A stretch of 64,000 nt of DNA. It comes from Octopus vulgaris. Lineage: Eukaryota. This document shows, piece by piece, positions 12,642 to 25,349 of this stretch (its first letter is position 1; each line of letters begins with the position of its first letter). The notes under the pieces are model-generated. The model searched no databases, was not told the DNA's origin, and worked only from the letters and a program-made list of their open reading frames with translations. The stretch is taken from the NCBI GenBank assembly GCA_951406725.2, contig OX597827.1, forward strand, positions 4,216,001 through 4,280,000, given 5' to 3'. The translations under genes and the position numbers were made by a program.

Positions 12642-14669
12642 GGAGGATCAGTTCTTTGCACATGGTTGGAGTGGAGGAGTGGAATGGCTCTCACCTTGTC
12701 CTCAAGCTTGGTACATTCCTGAGACAATACACCTAACCATGTAAGGATATCTCATACTAGCTCTGACAAAATATAAAATTAGAGTTACAAAAACATAACA
12801 AAGCTGCTCCATGTATGCCTAGCTGCCAATTTCAGCTCATAGGAAGTTCCACCTGTCTTATATAATAACGATGTAAAAATTCTATAGAACTTTAGCATAT
12901 TGTCAGATCACTAGACAGACCCACCACCACCAACAATAGCATACTGTTGACATAGAAATGTCAAATAACTATAACATTGCGTATGATTAGCTGAAAATTA
13001 CGAAATTACACCCATCTAGTTGGTGAACTACAAACATTATGTGAGTTAAGGAATATGTTTGGCAAGATTGGAATGACATGAAGCCATTTCTAAGACATCA
13101 ACAAGGATACAAACAGGGACAGGTACATTCAAAGAATAGCAATACTAAGACTTGTAAACATTATTAGGGCTTTCTCGCACAACATTTTATTATTCTTCAA
13201 CATTTTTGTGAACTGAAAATGTATTTTTGTTAAACATTAACATTCATGTTATCCATGAACAATCATGTTAACCTTAAACATCCCTGTTCATTCATCGTGA
13301 ACACAAGTTTACTCACATGATTTCCACAGAATATTTTGATTCACTTGAATATTTTTATTGACCTTATCCTCAACTGTAAACATCCTGTTTAGCCGGCAAC
13401 ACTCCAAGATGTACCTAATTTTTATTCCAAAAGGAGAAACTCAATGTATTTTTCAAACTGATGGTGGTGTATTTGCATCCCCGTAACTTAGCGGTTCCAC
13501 AAAAGAGACTGATAGAATAAGTACTAGGCTTACAAAGAATAAGTCCTGGGGTTGATTTGCTTGACTAAAGGCAGTGCTCCAGCATAGCCACAGTCAAGTG
13601 ACTGAAACAAGTAAAAGAGTAAAAGAGTAAAAGAATAATGATTTATTACATTATCATTATAAAGTGAAGGTACATGACCTTGTGGTTAGGATGTAGCACT
13701 TGTGAATGCTAGATCATGGGTTCAATCCCCAGGCCAAGTGTCATGTTGTGTTCTTGAGCAAAACACTTCATTTTATGTTGCTTCAATCCATTCGATTCCA
13801 TTCAGCTGTAAATCGGTAACCCTGCAATTCACTAGTCTTCGCATCAGAGAGAATATTGGCCTACCAAACTAACCAGCTGGGTGGCATCATATGAAAGCTA
13901 AACTGATGCAAGCACATTATGTCCAGTTTTACCAACATCCTCTCAATCACATGATCACGTGGTTATTATAATGATTTATTACATGGGCTCAAATGTTACA
14001 CAAATTTCCAAGGAAGAGTTATTGTCAGGTGAATATACTCCAGTAACAGGTTGTTCCTTTCTTTTCTTTTCCATTTGACAGTAACTAGAGAGATGAAAAG
14101 TAGAGTCAACCTTGGTAGGATTTGAACTCCGAACGTTGAAAGATAAAATAACAATTATAAAAAAAACCATAATTGAAATTCCACAGAATATTATATTTAA
14201 TCTACCACTGATGCAATTAGTTAAGTGTAAGTTCTGAATATACTCAGAAAGAAAATATCGTACAAATGATATATTCTTGTGTGAATGCAGGCCTGGCTGT
14301 GTTGTAAAAAAGTTCACTTTGCATCCATGTGGTTCTAGGTTCAGTTCCTCTGTGCAGCACCTTGGGGCAAGTGTCTTCTATTATAGCCCCAGGATGACCA
14401 ATGCCTTGTGAGTGAATCTGGTAGATGGAAACTGTGTGGAATCCCATCATATACACACACACATACACATGCACATATTTACATATATATATAATTATCT
14501 GTATGAGTCTTTGTGTCTATGTTTGTCACACACCCCATTCCCGACCATTGCTCGGCAACCAGAGTTGGTTTACTTATGTCCAAGGAATTTAGCATTTCAG
14601 CAAAAGAAGATCAATACATTGAGTATCAGACTGAAAAAATAAACATAATAGTCTATTATGTAGGCCTAA

Positions 14670-14816
14670 CTGTTTGGTAAGAAGCTTGCTTTTCAACCAC
14701 ACGGTTCTGGGTTCAGTCCCACTGTGTGGCTCCTTGGGCAAGTGTCTTCTAGCATAGCCTCGGGCCAACCAAAGCCTTGTGAGTGGATTTGGTAGATGGA
14801 AACTGAAAGAAGGCTG

Positions 14817-14872
<56 letters not shown>

Positions 14873-15085
14873 ACATACATGAATGTGTGTGTTGTTGTGT
14901 CTGTGTTTGTCACTCAATCACTGCATGACAACTGGTGCTGGTGTGTTTATGTAACTTAGCAGTTTGACAGAGAGAGACCGACAGAATAAGTACTAGGCTT
15001 AAAAAAGAAGTCCTGGGGTCAATTTATTCCCCAGTGGTGCTCTAGCATGTCCACAGTCAAATGACCGAAACAAATAAAAGAATAA
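14670..15085 (+). mobile_element. Degenerate octopus-type tRNA-derived SINE (same family as 59666-60081)
   Basis: GGTTCAGTCCCAC B-box-like head, central microsatellite, and GATAGAATAAGTACT...CAGTCAAATGAC tail. Confidence 0.75.
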
Positions 15086-17370
15086 GTACAAGGGTTGATT
15101 TGTTCAACTAAAACCCTTCAAAGCAGTGCCCTAGCATGGCTGCACTCCAATGACTGAAGCAAGTAAAAGAAAAGATAAAAGAACTTGAAAGATGAAAGAT
15201 AGATTGAATCTTGGCAGGATTTGAACTTGGAATGTAGAAAAAAGAAAACTAAATTTCCACAGAGTGTATATTTCATCTGGCACTGATACAATTATTTTAG
15301 TGTAAGTTCTGAATATACTCAGAAAGAAAACATCCTTCAAATGAAATATTTTTTTATGTATGCTATCAATTTTATCCATTCCTCTATTGTCTTTGACAGT
15401 TATGGTGAGGAACATTTATTCAAAAATAAAGCAAAATTTTTGAGGAAAAAGAAAACATCTTCTGAGAGTTAACAGTGAGGTTTTTAAGATCTTCTTTGCC
15501 AATACTTGATTCATTTTATGAACAAATTGAACAAACAACAACAACAACAAGATGAATCCAATATCAGATCAATTAAACTGTTTATTTATAAAATTTTACA
15601 AAGAAGTTAGAACATCGTGCCAAATATAAACTCAAAACACAGGGGTAAAAATAGCTTCAACAATTTCCTTCAATGCGTTTCTACTGTTTTGTTTGTTTTT
15701 ATTTTTCATTTCATTCTTCTTTTCATTTACATTTCATATTTCATGCAAATATTATAAACAGAGTCAATTATTCAACTTCTTTTTCTTCTCCTCCATTCAT
15801 TGACATTCATTTTCACCAATTGCCACCAGTAGTCATTATTCTAGGCATGAGACACTGGAGTGACTCCTTATAACTATTTCCAGGGCCATGGGTAAATTTT
15901 TGCTCAATGCTGCAAGCTAATGAAATGAAACACTTATCAATTCTTCAGGCTTCCTAAATTTTTTTCTTTTTTTTTCTTTTTCTTTTTATTAAAAAAAATA
16001 ACAATAAAAACAAGCTTTGAGATGAAATGTATATGTTTGTTAGCATGACCTATTTATATCTAAGTCTAGTATAACAGATCAATGAGAGTTCTGCACCGCA
16101 GTTAGGGACACAGCTTGACAGTGGCAATGCTGTGACAATCATGAACCATGAGGCTGAATGATACTCAATTATATTATATTTTATTGCAGTGGTCCCCATG
16201 CTGTTTTTACTCACAACAGAGCAAACAGAAATATTTTGGTATACACAATACATGAAGTTAAAAAAAAAGGGTATTTAAATATTTAGCTGCTGCCTCCCCT
16301 CCTTGTTCTCATCCTTGTCCTCCCCTTCTCTCCTCCCCTCCTCTCCCCATTCTCCTCCCCTATTCTCCCCCTCTTCCTCCCTCCTCCTCCTCCTCCTCCT
16401 CATCATCATCATCATCATCATGATCCCCACCATCGTTGTTATTGTCATTGTCGTTATTGTTTTTGCATTCGCTTTTCCTTGCTTGTGGAGTTTCACAGAA
16501 AACTTGCTGAGGCGAATTTATCTGTAGCTGGATGCTCTTCCTGTTGACAACCCTCATCTGTTTCTGAGCAAGGCAATATTTTAGAAAAGTGAATAGCTCA
16601 GCATTCAGACATGATTTGCAAAAGTTTTGACCCCCATCTATGTGTACAGAGGCTTTGCTTTTCAGTCCACACGAAAATGCCAAGACTAGAGTGAAAACAT
16701 AAACACATACACACATGTTCTCACACATTTGTACACACACACACACACAAACTGTAGGTTCGAATCCTACACCACATGGTCCCACAGTATACTTCTTAAC
16801 TCCACAGCTATTCAGAATTTACTTCTTTATTCAGTTTACTGATTTTAAACTTCGGCACAAGGCTATCCATTTTGGGGGAGGAGTAAGTTGATTACAATGA
16901 TCACAGCATTCAACTGTTTCTTATTTTATTAATCCTGAAAGGATGAAAGGCAAAGTTGACTTCAGCAGAATTTGAACTCACTATGTAAAGACAGATGAAA
17001 TGCCACTAAGCATTTTGCACAGCATGCTCATAATTCTGCCTGCTTGCTGCCTTACCTTTATTCAATACGTTGGTTTCAAATAATGGCATCAGGTCAACAA
17101 TTTCGGTGAGAGAAGAAACTGATTACATTGACCCCCAGTGCCTATTCTATCGAACCAGAAGGGATGAAAGATAAAGTTGACCGCAGCAGAATTTGAACTC
17201 AGATTGTAAAGATGGATGAAATGCCGCTAAGCATTTTGTCCAGTGTAACCTTTATCCAACAAAAGCATGCTCTTGATGATTTTGAGTGGCATTCTCTAAG
17301 CTTAGACATATTAAATGTAAACATATCCTCATTTAATCATTAATACAATGAAGTCTCTCTTGTTTTGTAA

Positions 17371-17742
17371 TCTCTATATATATAAACGGCAAAATGTCTG
17401 TCTGTATGTGTGTGTATCCTTTATACAAATCCACAATTTTTTAGTTAGAGGGCTCGCAATTTCTATGGTCATTCAAAATCGTCCAAGGACGGTCGTGTAC
17501 ATCTTTACATTTCCCCAGTCACCTCGCAAAGCCATTAAAAAATCAATAGAAGTGACTTTTTTGTGAATTTTCTATCCAAAACCCAATCAAAATGCCCAGA
17601 ACTTGATACGCCAATTGAATGCCAGCCAGCTGTATGTGATTGGTCGGAGATTTGGACAGTACTCACGTGTATGTGCACATGCACGCAGCTGTATATGTAT
17701 GCACTAGCACTATGACCCAGCAACGCCAGGTCATAGTGCTCA
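17371..17742 (+). mobile_element. Non-autonomous Helitron, copy 1
   Basis: A|TCTCTATATATATAAACGGCAAAATGTCTG 5' end and subterminal hairpin AGCACTATGACC...GGTCATAGTGCT (17706-17740). Homologous to 34072-34435 in the opposite orientation. Confidence 0.78.
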
Positions 17743-18172
17743 TGGTTACTAATGAGTGAAGAAAATTCCACTCAATTTCATTATTTTGCTCACATAAAAG
17801 ACTTGTGTATTGGAAAAATCATAAGAGCATTAGACAGAATGCTTTGTAGCATTCATTTTGGATGCTTTACATTCCAAATTCAAATCTTATTGAGGTTAGC
17901 GTTACCCATCACCCTTTTGTGGTCATTAAATACAGTGCCAGAAAGGTACAGAGGTCAAGATAATCAAATATCTCTGCATTCAGCAGATGTTTTCACAACA
18001 CATAAAAGAAGCAAGGGTCCACAACAGATAAAAGAAGCACATCAGACAAAATCCTCAGCTTCATTTCTTTCAGTTCTTTATGTTGTGAGTTCAAATTCCA
18101 CCAAGAGCAAATTCACCTTTCATCCTTTTGTGGTTGATAAATAAGTACCAATTAAGCACTGAGGTTCATATA

Positions 18173-18411
18173 TATTTCTTTACTACCCACAAGGGGTTAA
18201 ACACAGAAGGGACAAACAAGGATAGACAAACGGATTAAGTCGATTACAATTAGATGGACCCCGATGCATAACTGGTACTTAATTTATCGACCCTGAAAGG
18301 ATGAAAGGCAAAGTCGACCTCAGCGGAATTTGAACTCAGAACATAACGGCAGACGAAATACGGCTATGCATTTCGCCCGGCGTGCTAACGCTTCTGCCAG
18401 CTCACCACCCT
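18173..18411 (-). mobile_element. Young tRNA-derived SINE (GTCGACTTTGCCTTTCATCCTTTC central domain) with 16-bp TSD, nested in an older opposite-strand copy
   Basis: TSD CACTGAGGTTCATATA at 18157-18172 and 18412-18427; B-box-like GAGTTCAAATTCC on the minus strand. Confidence 0.85.
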
Positions 18412-19021
18412 CACTGAGGTTCATATAATTAACTTAACCTCACCCATAAAATTGCTGGTCTTGTGCTAAAAGTTGAAACCATTTTCCTAACACATATAAC
18501 TGCACTCTAAGATGTGAGAGTGTCTTATGGCACTCTTTTGGGGAACCACTGCCCTATTGACTCAATCAATAAAGAAATCTTCATTTCTCAAAACCAAACA
18601 TTGCACACAAAATCTTGATTAATACATCTCAACTGCAGTACTTTTTGTAAGTGGTGTTTCCAGCAGTTCATTTCCTGCAAACAGTATTCAGCAGAACTTA
18701 ATGAAATGTATTGAGTATGATCAGCAACGGTGAAAAGATTTATATATACATAAAAAATTGGGCTAAAATGAAAAGGTAGTAAAAATCTAGACAGCATTCA
18801 AACCAGGGACAACAATTGTAAGTTAACATAGAGAGCCTTTGTACAGACAGCATCATATAAACAAGCTGAATTGTTAGGGAGTACATTAAAGGGTCATGAC
18901 TAACATGATTGCTTGGAAATGTTGAACAAATTGCTGTTAATTTGACATAAAATCAACAATTTTGACAATCTTTTTCCCTCGGCAGATTTTTACTCAACAA
19001 TGTCTCTAATGAAAGAATCTA

Positions 19022-19062
<41 letters not shown>

Positions 19063-19431
19063 TTTGTTGCAACAGCAACTCAAGACTAACTGACAAGGAG
19101 CCATGAGCTGTTTAGTACAATACGTTCATAATGTAAATGTTTGTTTTTTTAAACAAACAAACAAATAGATTTTTGTTTAGTTTTGTTGTTAGCTTGCTTG
19201 CTTGCTAGCTTTTTGTTTTAGTTTTTCTTTATTTGTTTTCAATCATAAAGTTTTGTTTGTTATAAAAATAAAATAATTAATTTGGAAAAATTTAATTTCT
19301 CAGTCATCACAGAAATTATGAAATAATGAATAGAAAATGTGATTAAAAGTTGTTGATGCATTAAATATCCTCGAGATACTAAAGGTAAAATGATCTAAAA
19401 GAAGTCTAGGAAATAAACAACTCTTTCTCTC

Positions 19432-19445
19432 TCACCGACTGAAAC
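19432..19445 (-). CDS. PCDH: Probable terminal coding mini-exon of the protocadherin ((G)FSR-stop) after a 67-bp intron
   Basis: Acceptor aaatattttcAG|GT TTC AGT CGG TGA is compatible with phase 1; stop at 19434-19432. A more distant terminal exon cannot be excluded. Confidence 0.55.
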
Positions 19446-22400
19446 CTGAAAATATTTGATTCAATTATTTCTCAATAACAGAGAAGCTGAAAAATTAATC
19501 TTCAAAACATACCTGGAAGGGTCTCATAGTGAACTGTGTTTCTTTCTGTGGATCCATGACCACTGTTAGTTGGAGAAGATATTGCTAACATTTCATTGAA
19601 GTGGTCGGAGGTCATTAGCATACGCTGCTGTTCTTCCTTACGAGAACCAGCTGTCACAGCTGCCTCTTGAACACTTATCTGTTAGAACCGATATATTGAA
19701 ACATATAATTCAATATAAGAGTTGGTAATAATAGAATATAATGAACCAAACAGCTTTGTGCTACTTGTAATAAGAACTACAGACAATTTTAAATGTAATA
19801 TATATATATAGGTAGGATACAAAGCAATTGGTTCACAGAAATAAGAATTTATTTTAAAAAAAACAAAAAAAACACAGCTTTACTAAAGAAGGATATTTTC
19901 ATTAATTTTACCTTGTTTTACTTTTAATAGCAATTATTTCTAAAAGATATAATTCTTTTAATAAATCAATTTTTTGAGATAAATTTTTAAAAATTAATAT
20001 ATTTTAAAATATAAATTTAATGCACACTCTCACACACACTTATAAATATTATATATTATAATTACTATGGTACTGAAACGGTACTAACAGAATGAGTCGA
20101 CTGTTTAGGACAAAATGTAATGTTCCTGGTCTGAATGATGGCATTTTTGTCTTATGAATTCATTACCTACAAAAGAGGGCAGTAGATGGGAAGTAAGCCA
20201 TTGATTACTAAGTAAAATATATTATTGGAAGCTAAATGCTAAGAAATGGTTTCAAGCCCTGAACAAATATCATCTAATACAGTAATTGTCCAGAAAGTCT
20301 TGGATTATCTCCTGTTCATACTAGATTAACTTTGCCAAATTTCTGTAATTTCATTTCTGTTAAATTTCCAACTTATAAATGAGAAAAGTGGCTGATATAA
20401 TTGTTAGTCAATAAAAGTGAAATGAAAGAAGAATGTTGATAAGGATTTTCAGCCAGTTTCACTTAATTATCCCCCACTGATTCCCATCAATGACAGTAAA
20501 GCTGTAACAAATGAATTGTGCAATTTATATAAAATAGTACATGTTGAATGTGAAAAAATGTTTAGATTTTCTAACAAAGCAGTTTTTCTGAAATGTTAAG
20601 GAAATACTAAAGAAAACTAGAATAAAAGAGATATTTACCTGGTGTGTAACATCTTGGTTATGCAGCCCAGATGAAGATCCTTTCCAACTTTGACCTGGCT
20701 TGTAACCAGATTGAACAGTCCGAGAGATTCTTGTTGAATTGTGATCAGAAATCATGGTTACTGGGGTATTATACTGAGATGACATTGATTCAGAGATATA
20801 TCCTGATGGTCTCCTTTCTCCAACAAAATCATTATTTGTGCTGACACCATAACCATATTTTGCATCTCTCTGGTTTTTCCTGTGGACAACACATACTATC
20901 ACTGAAACTACAATGGCCACAGAAACTATCACTGCTGCTACCACAATTATAATCATCAAGTTAATATGAATTCTGTTGTCTGATTCCGTGTCTTCAGCTG
21001 TGTACATTCTGGCTGTTGTATTGCTAACAGTCAGTGTCAAAGACAGTGTAGTGGTTGCTGTTAAAACTGGAGTGCCACTGTCTTTGACAATGAATTTCAA
21101 ATCATATGATCCAGCATCATTTTGGTACACTGTACGAGAGAAAGACAAAACTCCTGTGTAAGGGTTAACTGTAAATAACTGTTTGTCATTGCCTCCAAGT
21201 ATTTCATATCTCAGAAAAGCATTAGCATGACTGTCTCTATCAGAAGCTCTCAGAACTGTGATTTCACTTTTTGTCTGCGGATGGTAGTGGACATCTAAAC
21301 TAAATGGACTCACGCTAGGAAATGTGAAATAGGGTGCATTGTCATTTTTGTCCATGATTTCAACAACTACATTTGCAGTGTTGTTAAGGGAGGGAGTTCC
21401 ATTGTCTTTCACTAAAGCCTTAAAATGGTATGTATCTTGTTTTTCATGATCCAAAGATTGAGCTGTTGTAATAAATCCAAAATTGGAAATCTTAAATGGA
21501 AGAACATAACCATGTTCATCAAACAAAGAATACGATAGTTGTCCTCCCAAGACCTAAATCAGGATCTGTAGCATTGATAAACCCAACAGGAAAATTGGGT
21601 TCTTCATTTTCATAAGTTAAGAATTTAAATGTGCTTTTTGTAAAGTATGGTTGTACATCATTGACATCCATCACTTCAATAGAAAATTTTCTCTCTGTCT
21701 TTAAGGATGGAAATCCCTTATCTTCACAGACAATACTTAAGTCCATGTGACTTTCTAATTCCCTGTTAACAAGACTTTTGATAACGACTTTATATTTATT
21801 TTTCCCCAGACTTTGTAGCATAAACTTGTCATGATTTAGAATACAATCAACCTCTCCATTGTGGCCACTGTCATTATCAACGACCTTCACATAAGCAATG
21901 AAACTACCAACTTTCACTCCTTCTGATATGGAAACCACATTTCCATCCGATTTAGAAACAAATTTCACATCAATCCTTGGAGCATTGTTCTGTTGGTTTA
22001 AAACATTAATAAGAACAATTGCTGTAGAACTCAATGGTGGACTACCATGATCTGTGGCATCAATGAAAAGTTTATAGGTTTGTCTCTTTTCAAAAGGAAA
22101 AATTTTGTGGGGTAAAATTCTGCCACTTTTGGGATCTAGTTCAAAATATGACTTGACGGAATCTGGTGTTTTGGAATTAAAACTGTAAGAAACTTTGCCA
22201 TTTTGACCAACATCTTTATCTTCTGCTAACACAATAGCTACAGGCTGTACTCTTCTATCTTTCTTGTTTATCGAAACATTGTAGATGTTCTGTGTAAAGA
22301 TAGGCCTACTATCATTCTCATCTGTAACAGTTACTCGTACTTTTAAAATACTTTGTTTAGGTGGTGAGCCACCATCCCTTGCAATAACCTCCAAAAGGTA

Positions 22401-23018
22401 AAAGTCTTTTACTTCTCTATCAAGCCCCTGCTTCAGAATTATTTCATTTTTCGATGTACCTATCACACTCTTTGACATGGACAGTTTAAAAGGGTCATTT
22501 GTATTCTTCAGTACATAAGTTATCTGTGAATTCAACACACTCACATCTTTATCAATAGCATTTGGTATTGATTTTGTGGTTCCTTTCCCATCAGTCTCAT
22601 AAAACTGAAGATCCACTTGATGGTGTGAAAATTCAGGTTTGTTATCATTAACATCATCAATAATTACTTTTATTTCAATTATTTTCAAAAAGTATTCTTC
22701 TTGTCTCACAGCAATTTCAACCATTCTGAAGCACTCGGTATTATATTTACAGAGAGATTCAGCGTCTAAATTCATTGCAGTGCATAGTTTTCCTGTCTTG
22801 GAGACATTGAACAGCTGTACGTCACCGTTTTGACTTTCATGCAGTTGGCTATACGTAATAACACCATTATCTTGAGGTGGAACACTGTCCAATAAATGTC
22901 GCTCGTATGAGATGTCGCCAACAATAGTTCCTGGTCTTTTGCCTTCCTTCACGTGGTAAGTCAAATCAACACTTTCACACATGACAGTCACAATCAATAA
23001 TATATATACTTGTAACAT
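19432..23018 (-). CDS. PCDH: Protocadherin (cephalopod type: signal peptide, EC1-EC6, TM, cytoplasmic tail); 3 coding exons, about 852 aa once a 1-bp insertion at 21546-21548 is removed
   Basis: ORFs 21519-23039 and 20525-21550 carry cadherin motifs (DVNDNKPEF, LDREVKDFY, DGGSPP, DENDSRPIF, DVNDVQPYF, ATDPDLG, LDHEKQDTY, DKNDNAPYF, SDRDS) and a TM helix LMIIIVVAAVIVSVAIVVSVIVCVV. GT/AG junctions keep the frame across exons. The symbol is family-level only. Confidence 0.93.
19513..19678 (-). CDS. PCDH: Protocadherin cytoplasmic exon (ISVQEAAVTAGSRKEEQQRMLMTSDHFNEMLAISSPTNSGHGSTERNTVHYETLP-G)
   Basis: Acceptor ttctaacAG| followed by 166 bp open in the phase-0 frame, then donor CCAG|GTATGT. It contains NSGHG, resembling the DSGHG-type motif of protocadherin cytoplasmic tails. 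Confidence 0.82.
20639..21547 (-). CDS. PCDH: Protocadherin large exon, 3' part: rest of EC5, EC6, TM and proximal cytoplasmic region
   Basis: The frame GGQLSYSL...DVTHQ ends at a phase-0 donor CAG|GTAAAT (exon end 20639). The ORF-track tail VNISF... is intron read-through. Confidence 0.9.
21546..23018 (-). CDS. PCDH: Protocadherin large exon, 5' part: signal peptide, EC1-EC4 and start of EC5
   Basis: ATG at 23018 (MLQVYILLIVTVMCES/VDLTYHVKEG). It follows a polypyrimidine acceptor tttctctttcAG (AG at 23058-23057; exon starts 23056). The track start at 23039 is a TTG, not an ATG. Confidence 0.92.
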
Positions 23019-23981
23019 GTTTTTGGCTTCAAGATACAAGAAATGTAAAAGGAAATCTGAAAGAGAAAAAATAGAGAAAAATTAAAAAAGAAAGAGAGAG
23101 AGAGAGAGAGAAAACGTCGAGTCTATGATATTTTGTCAATACAAAAGCAATATTTCTCTCTTTAGAAATAACTTTATTTGCTAGCTTCAGGAAAAATGTT
23201 TCTAGAATCTAATTGAACAAACTACATATATTGGGACAAAACACTCAATAACTCTTATCCCCTCCCTTATACGAACATTTACGTTTGCAGAGGCATTACT
23301 GAGACATTCTCTGAATTTATGTAATTTTCAAGAAAACTTATCTAATTTTCAATAAAGCATTAAACACACACACATACATGCATACACACACATACACATA
23401 TGCATGAAGCTTGCACATACACTTCTTTTATTACATAACTATTCATGGAGTGTTGAAGTACAGAGAGCACAACATGTATTCATTTTATTTTACTTACTAC
23501 AATGTTTCTTTCTGGGGTTTTTCACAATATTTAAAACCACATCCCTGTTAATTATTTAGAATAACATCCCTGTTTCAAGAAATAAATCTTCTGGAAAGAA
23601 CATCAGTCTATCTAAGGTAACACCCCACACCTATTTTTAGTGTCATAAAGGAAGAAGGGTAACACATATGGGATTTTTTCAGGGGCTCTGAGACTAGCGG
23701 GATTAAGAAAAGTAAGAAATTATCCTTTGACTAGAGACTTACTCCAAGTGCTCATTACAGAACAGATTTCTCTAAAGGTTATCAAGGACCAGGTGGTAGT
23801 GTTAAATGGGGCAATGAATTAAGACTGGCACCCAAGAATAGGGATGGCCCCTCACAAGAACATCCACATAGTTTCTTTCTAAAAATTTAACTCCCAATGC
23901 TTTCATAGGATTGAAAGCAAAAATTCATAGTTGTGAAGCAAACTTCCTAACTCTACAACCAAGCCTATACCCAGGTCAAGT

Positions 23982-24288
23982 TGTGGAGGCACATGGCCTA
24001 GTGGTTAGAGCAGCAAACTCATGGTCGAGGGATCATGGGTTCAAATCTCAGACCAGGCAATGTGTGTGTTTATGAGCGAAACACCTAAGCTCCACACGGT
24101 TCCGGCAGAAGGTAATGGCAAACTTCTGTTGACTCTTTCGCCACAACTTTCTCTCACTCTTTCCTCCTGCATCTAGAAGCTCACCTGCAATGGACTAGCG
24201 TCCCATCCAGGTGGGGAACCTATATGCCAAAAAAACCGGGAAACCGGCCCTTATGAGCCAGGCATGGCTCGAGAAGGAACAATCAAAT
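23982..24288 (+). mobile_element. tRNA-derived SINE with 10-bp TSD, about 1 kb 5' of the protocadherin coding exon
   Basis: A-box TGGCCTAGTGG and B-box GGTTCAAATCT; TSD CAGGTCAAGT at 23972-23981 and 24289-24298. Confidence 0.82.
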
Positions 24289-25349
24289 CAGGTCAAGTAG
24301 CCCTATGATTGTAAGTATTTCAGCAATGTTCATCCTGTCTTTTTATATATTAGGATGTACATTATCCAATGTGTCCTCCATCCTTTTAAGACAGTACAGA
24401 GTAACTCAAGGAAGATTTGCCTAGTATTTCTAGCAGGACAAGCCACCATGTAGTGGTTCCCTTGTTGGTTCAGTGAACTAGAGCAATATAAAATAGCATG
24501 TGATGGTAACTTTGTCCTCTATCTCTCCCTCACTCTTTCTTTTTCTCTCTCTCTCTCTCCCTCACTCTTTCTTCTCTCTCTCTCTCTCTCTCTCCACATA
24601 ATGTTTCAATTAGTATATTATCTGGTGGTATTCAGGTATCACAACCATTATTTCAAACACTCAGGTTCTTAAAGAATAATATATTAGTAAAGCTTCAAGC
24701 TCAGTTCTAGCACAAGAACATTTACACACATATACGTTCATACATACATGCATGCATGCATCCATCCATCCATCCATCCATCCATCCATCCATACATCCA
24801 TCCATCCATCCATCCATCCATCCATCCATACATACATACATACATACATACATACATACATACATACCTTCATTTATACATGTGTATGTGTATGTGTGTG
24901 TGTGTGTGTGTGCATGTATTAGAAAATGGATGATAGACGCTCACTCTAGATCCTTTGTCATACTAACAAACATACCTTTTAGTTGCAACTCAGTTTCAAG
25001 TAATACCTTGCTCGACTGGTATTTTAAACATGAGCAGCAAGGACATAGCTATTCAGCCCTGTAGGACCTTCTCGTTTGTACAAATGTGGAAAATATGTTC
25101 ACCTTTTGCAGCAGGTGTTACACTATTGTTTTGGTGGACCCTCATGATCAGTTAATTATCAATTTATTTTTACTGTATAACACGAAAGGTAAAATAAACA
25201 GCAACATGTTTTGAACTTAGTCTACAGAGAGAGGAAACAGAGATATTTTGTCCAGTGTTCTCACAAACTCTTTTACCCTCTCCATGTTTTTCTTGCAGCT
25301 GTTTAAGTAAAACATCGACCACATCAGTCTCATTAATAACGTTTGATAA

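Noticed and set aside
18588-18797. 69-aa minus-strand ORF as a further protocadherin exon
   Set aside because: No recognisable motif or convincing splice pair; more likely 3' UTR or intergenic sequence.
20525-20638. C-terminal extension VNISFILVFFSISL... as a second TM segment
   Set aside because: It lies beyond a good GT donor, and an in-frame downstream exon exists, so it is probably intron read-through.
21540-21552. Programmed +1 ribosomal frameshift at CTT GGG AGG A
   Set aside because: It superficially recalls yeast AGG-pause +1 sites, but there is no supporting signal or precedent I can cite. A homopolymer error or simple mutation is far more likely.
23982-24060. tRNA genes at SINE heads (also 59666 and 18411)
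   Set aside because: A and B boxes are present, but I could not build a full cloverleaf, and each continues into a SINE body with a tail or TSD.
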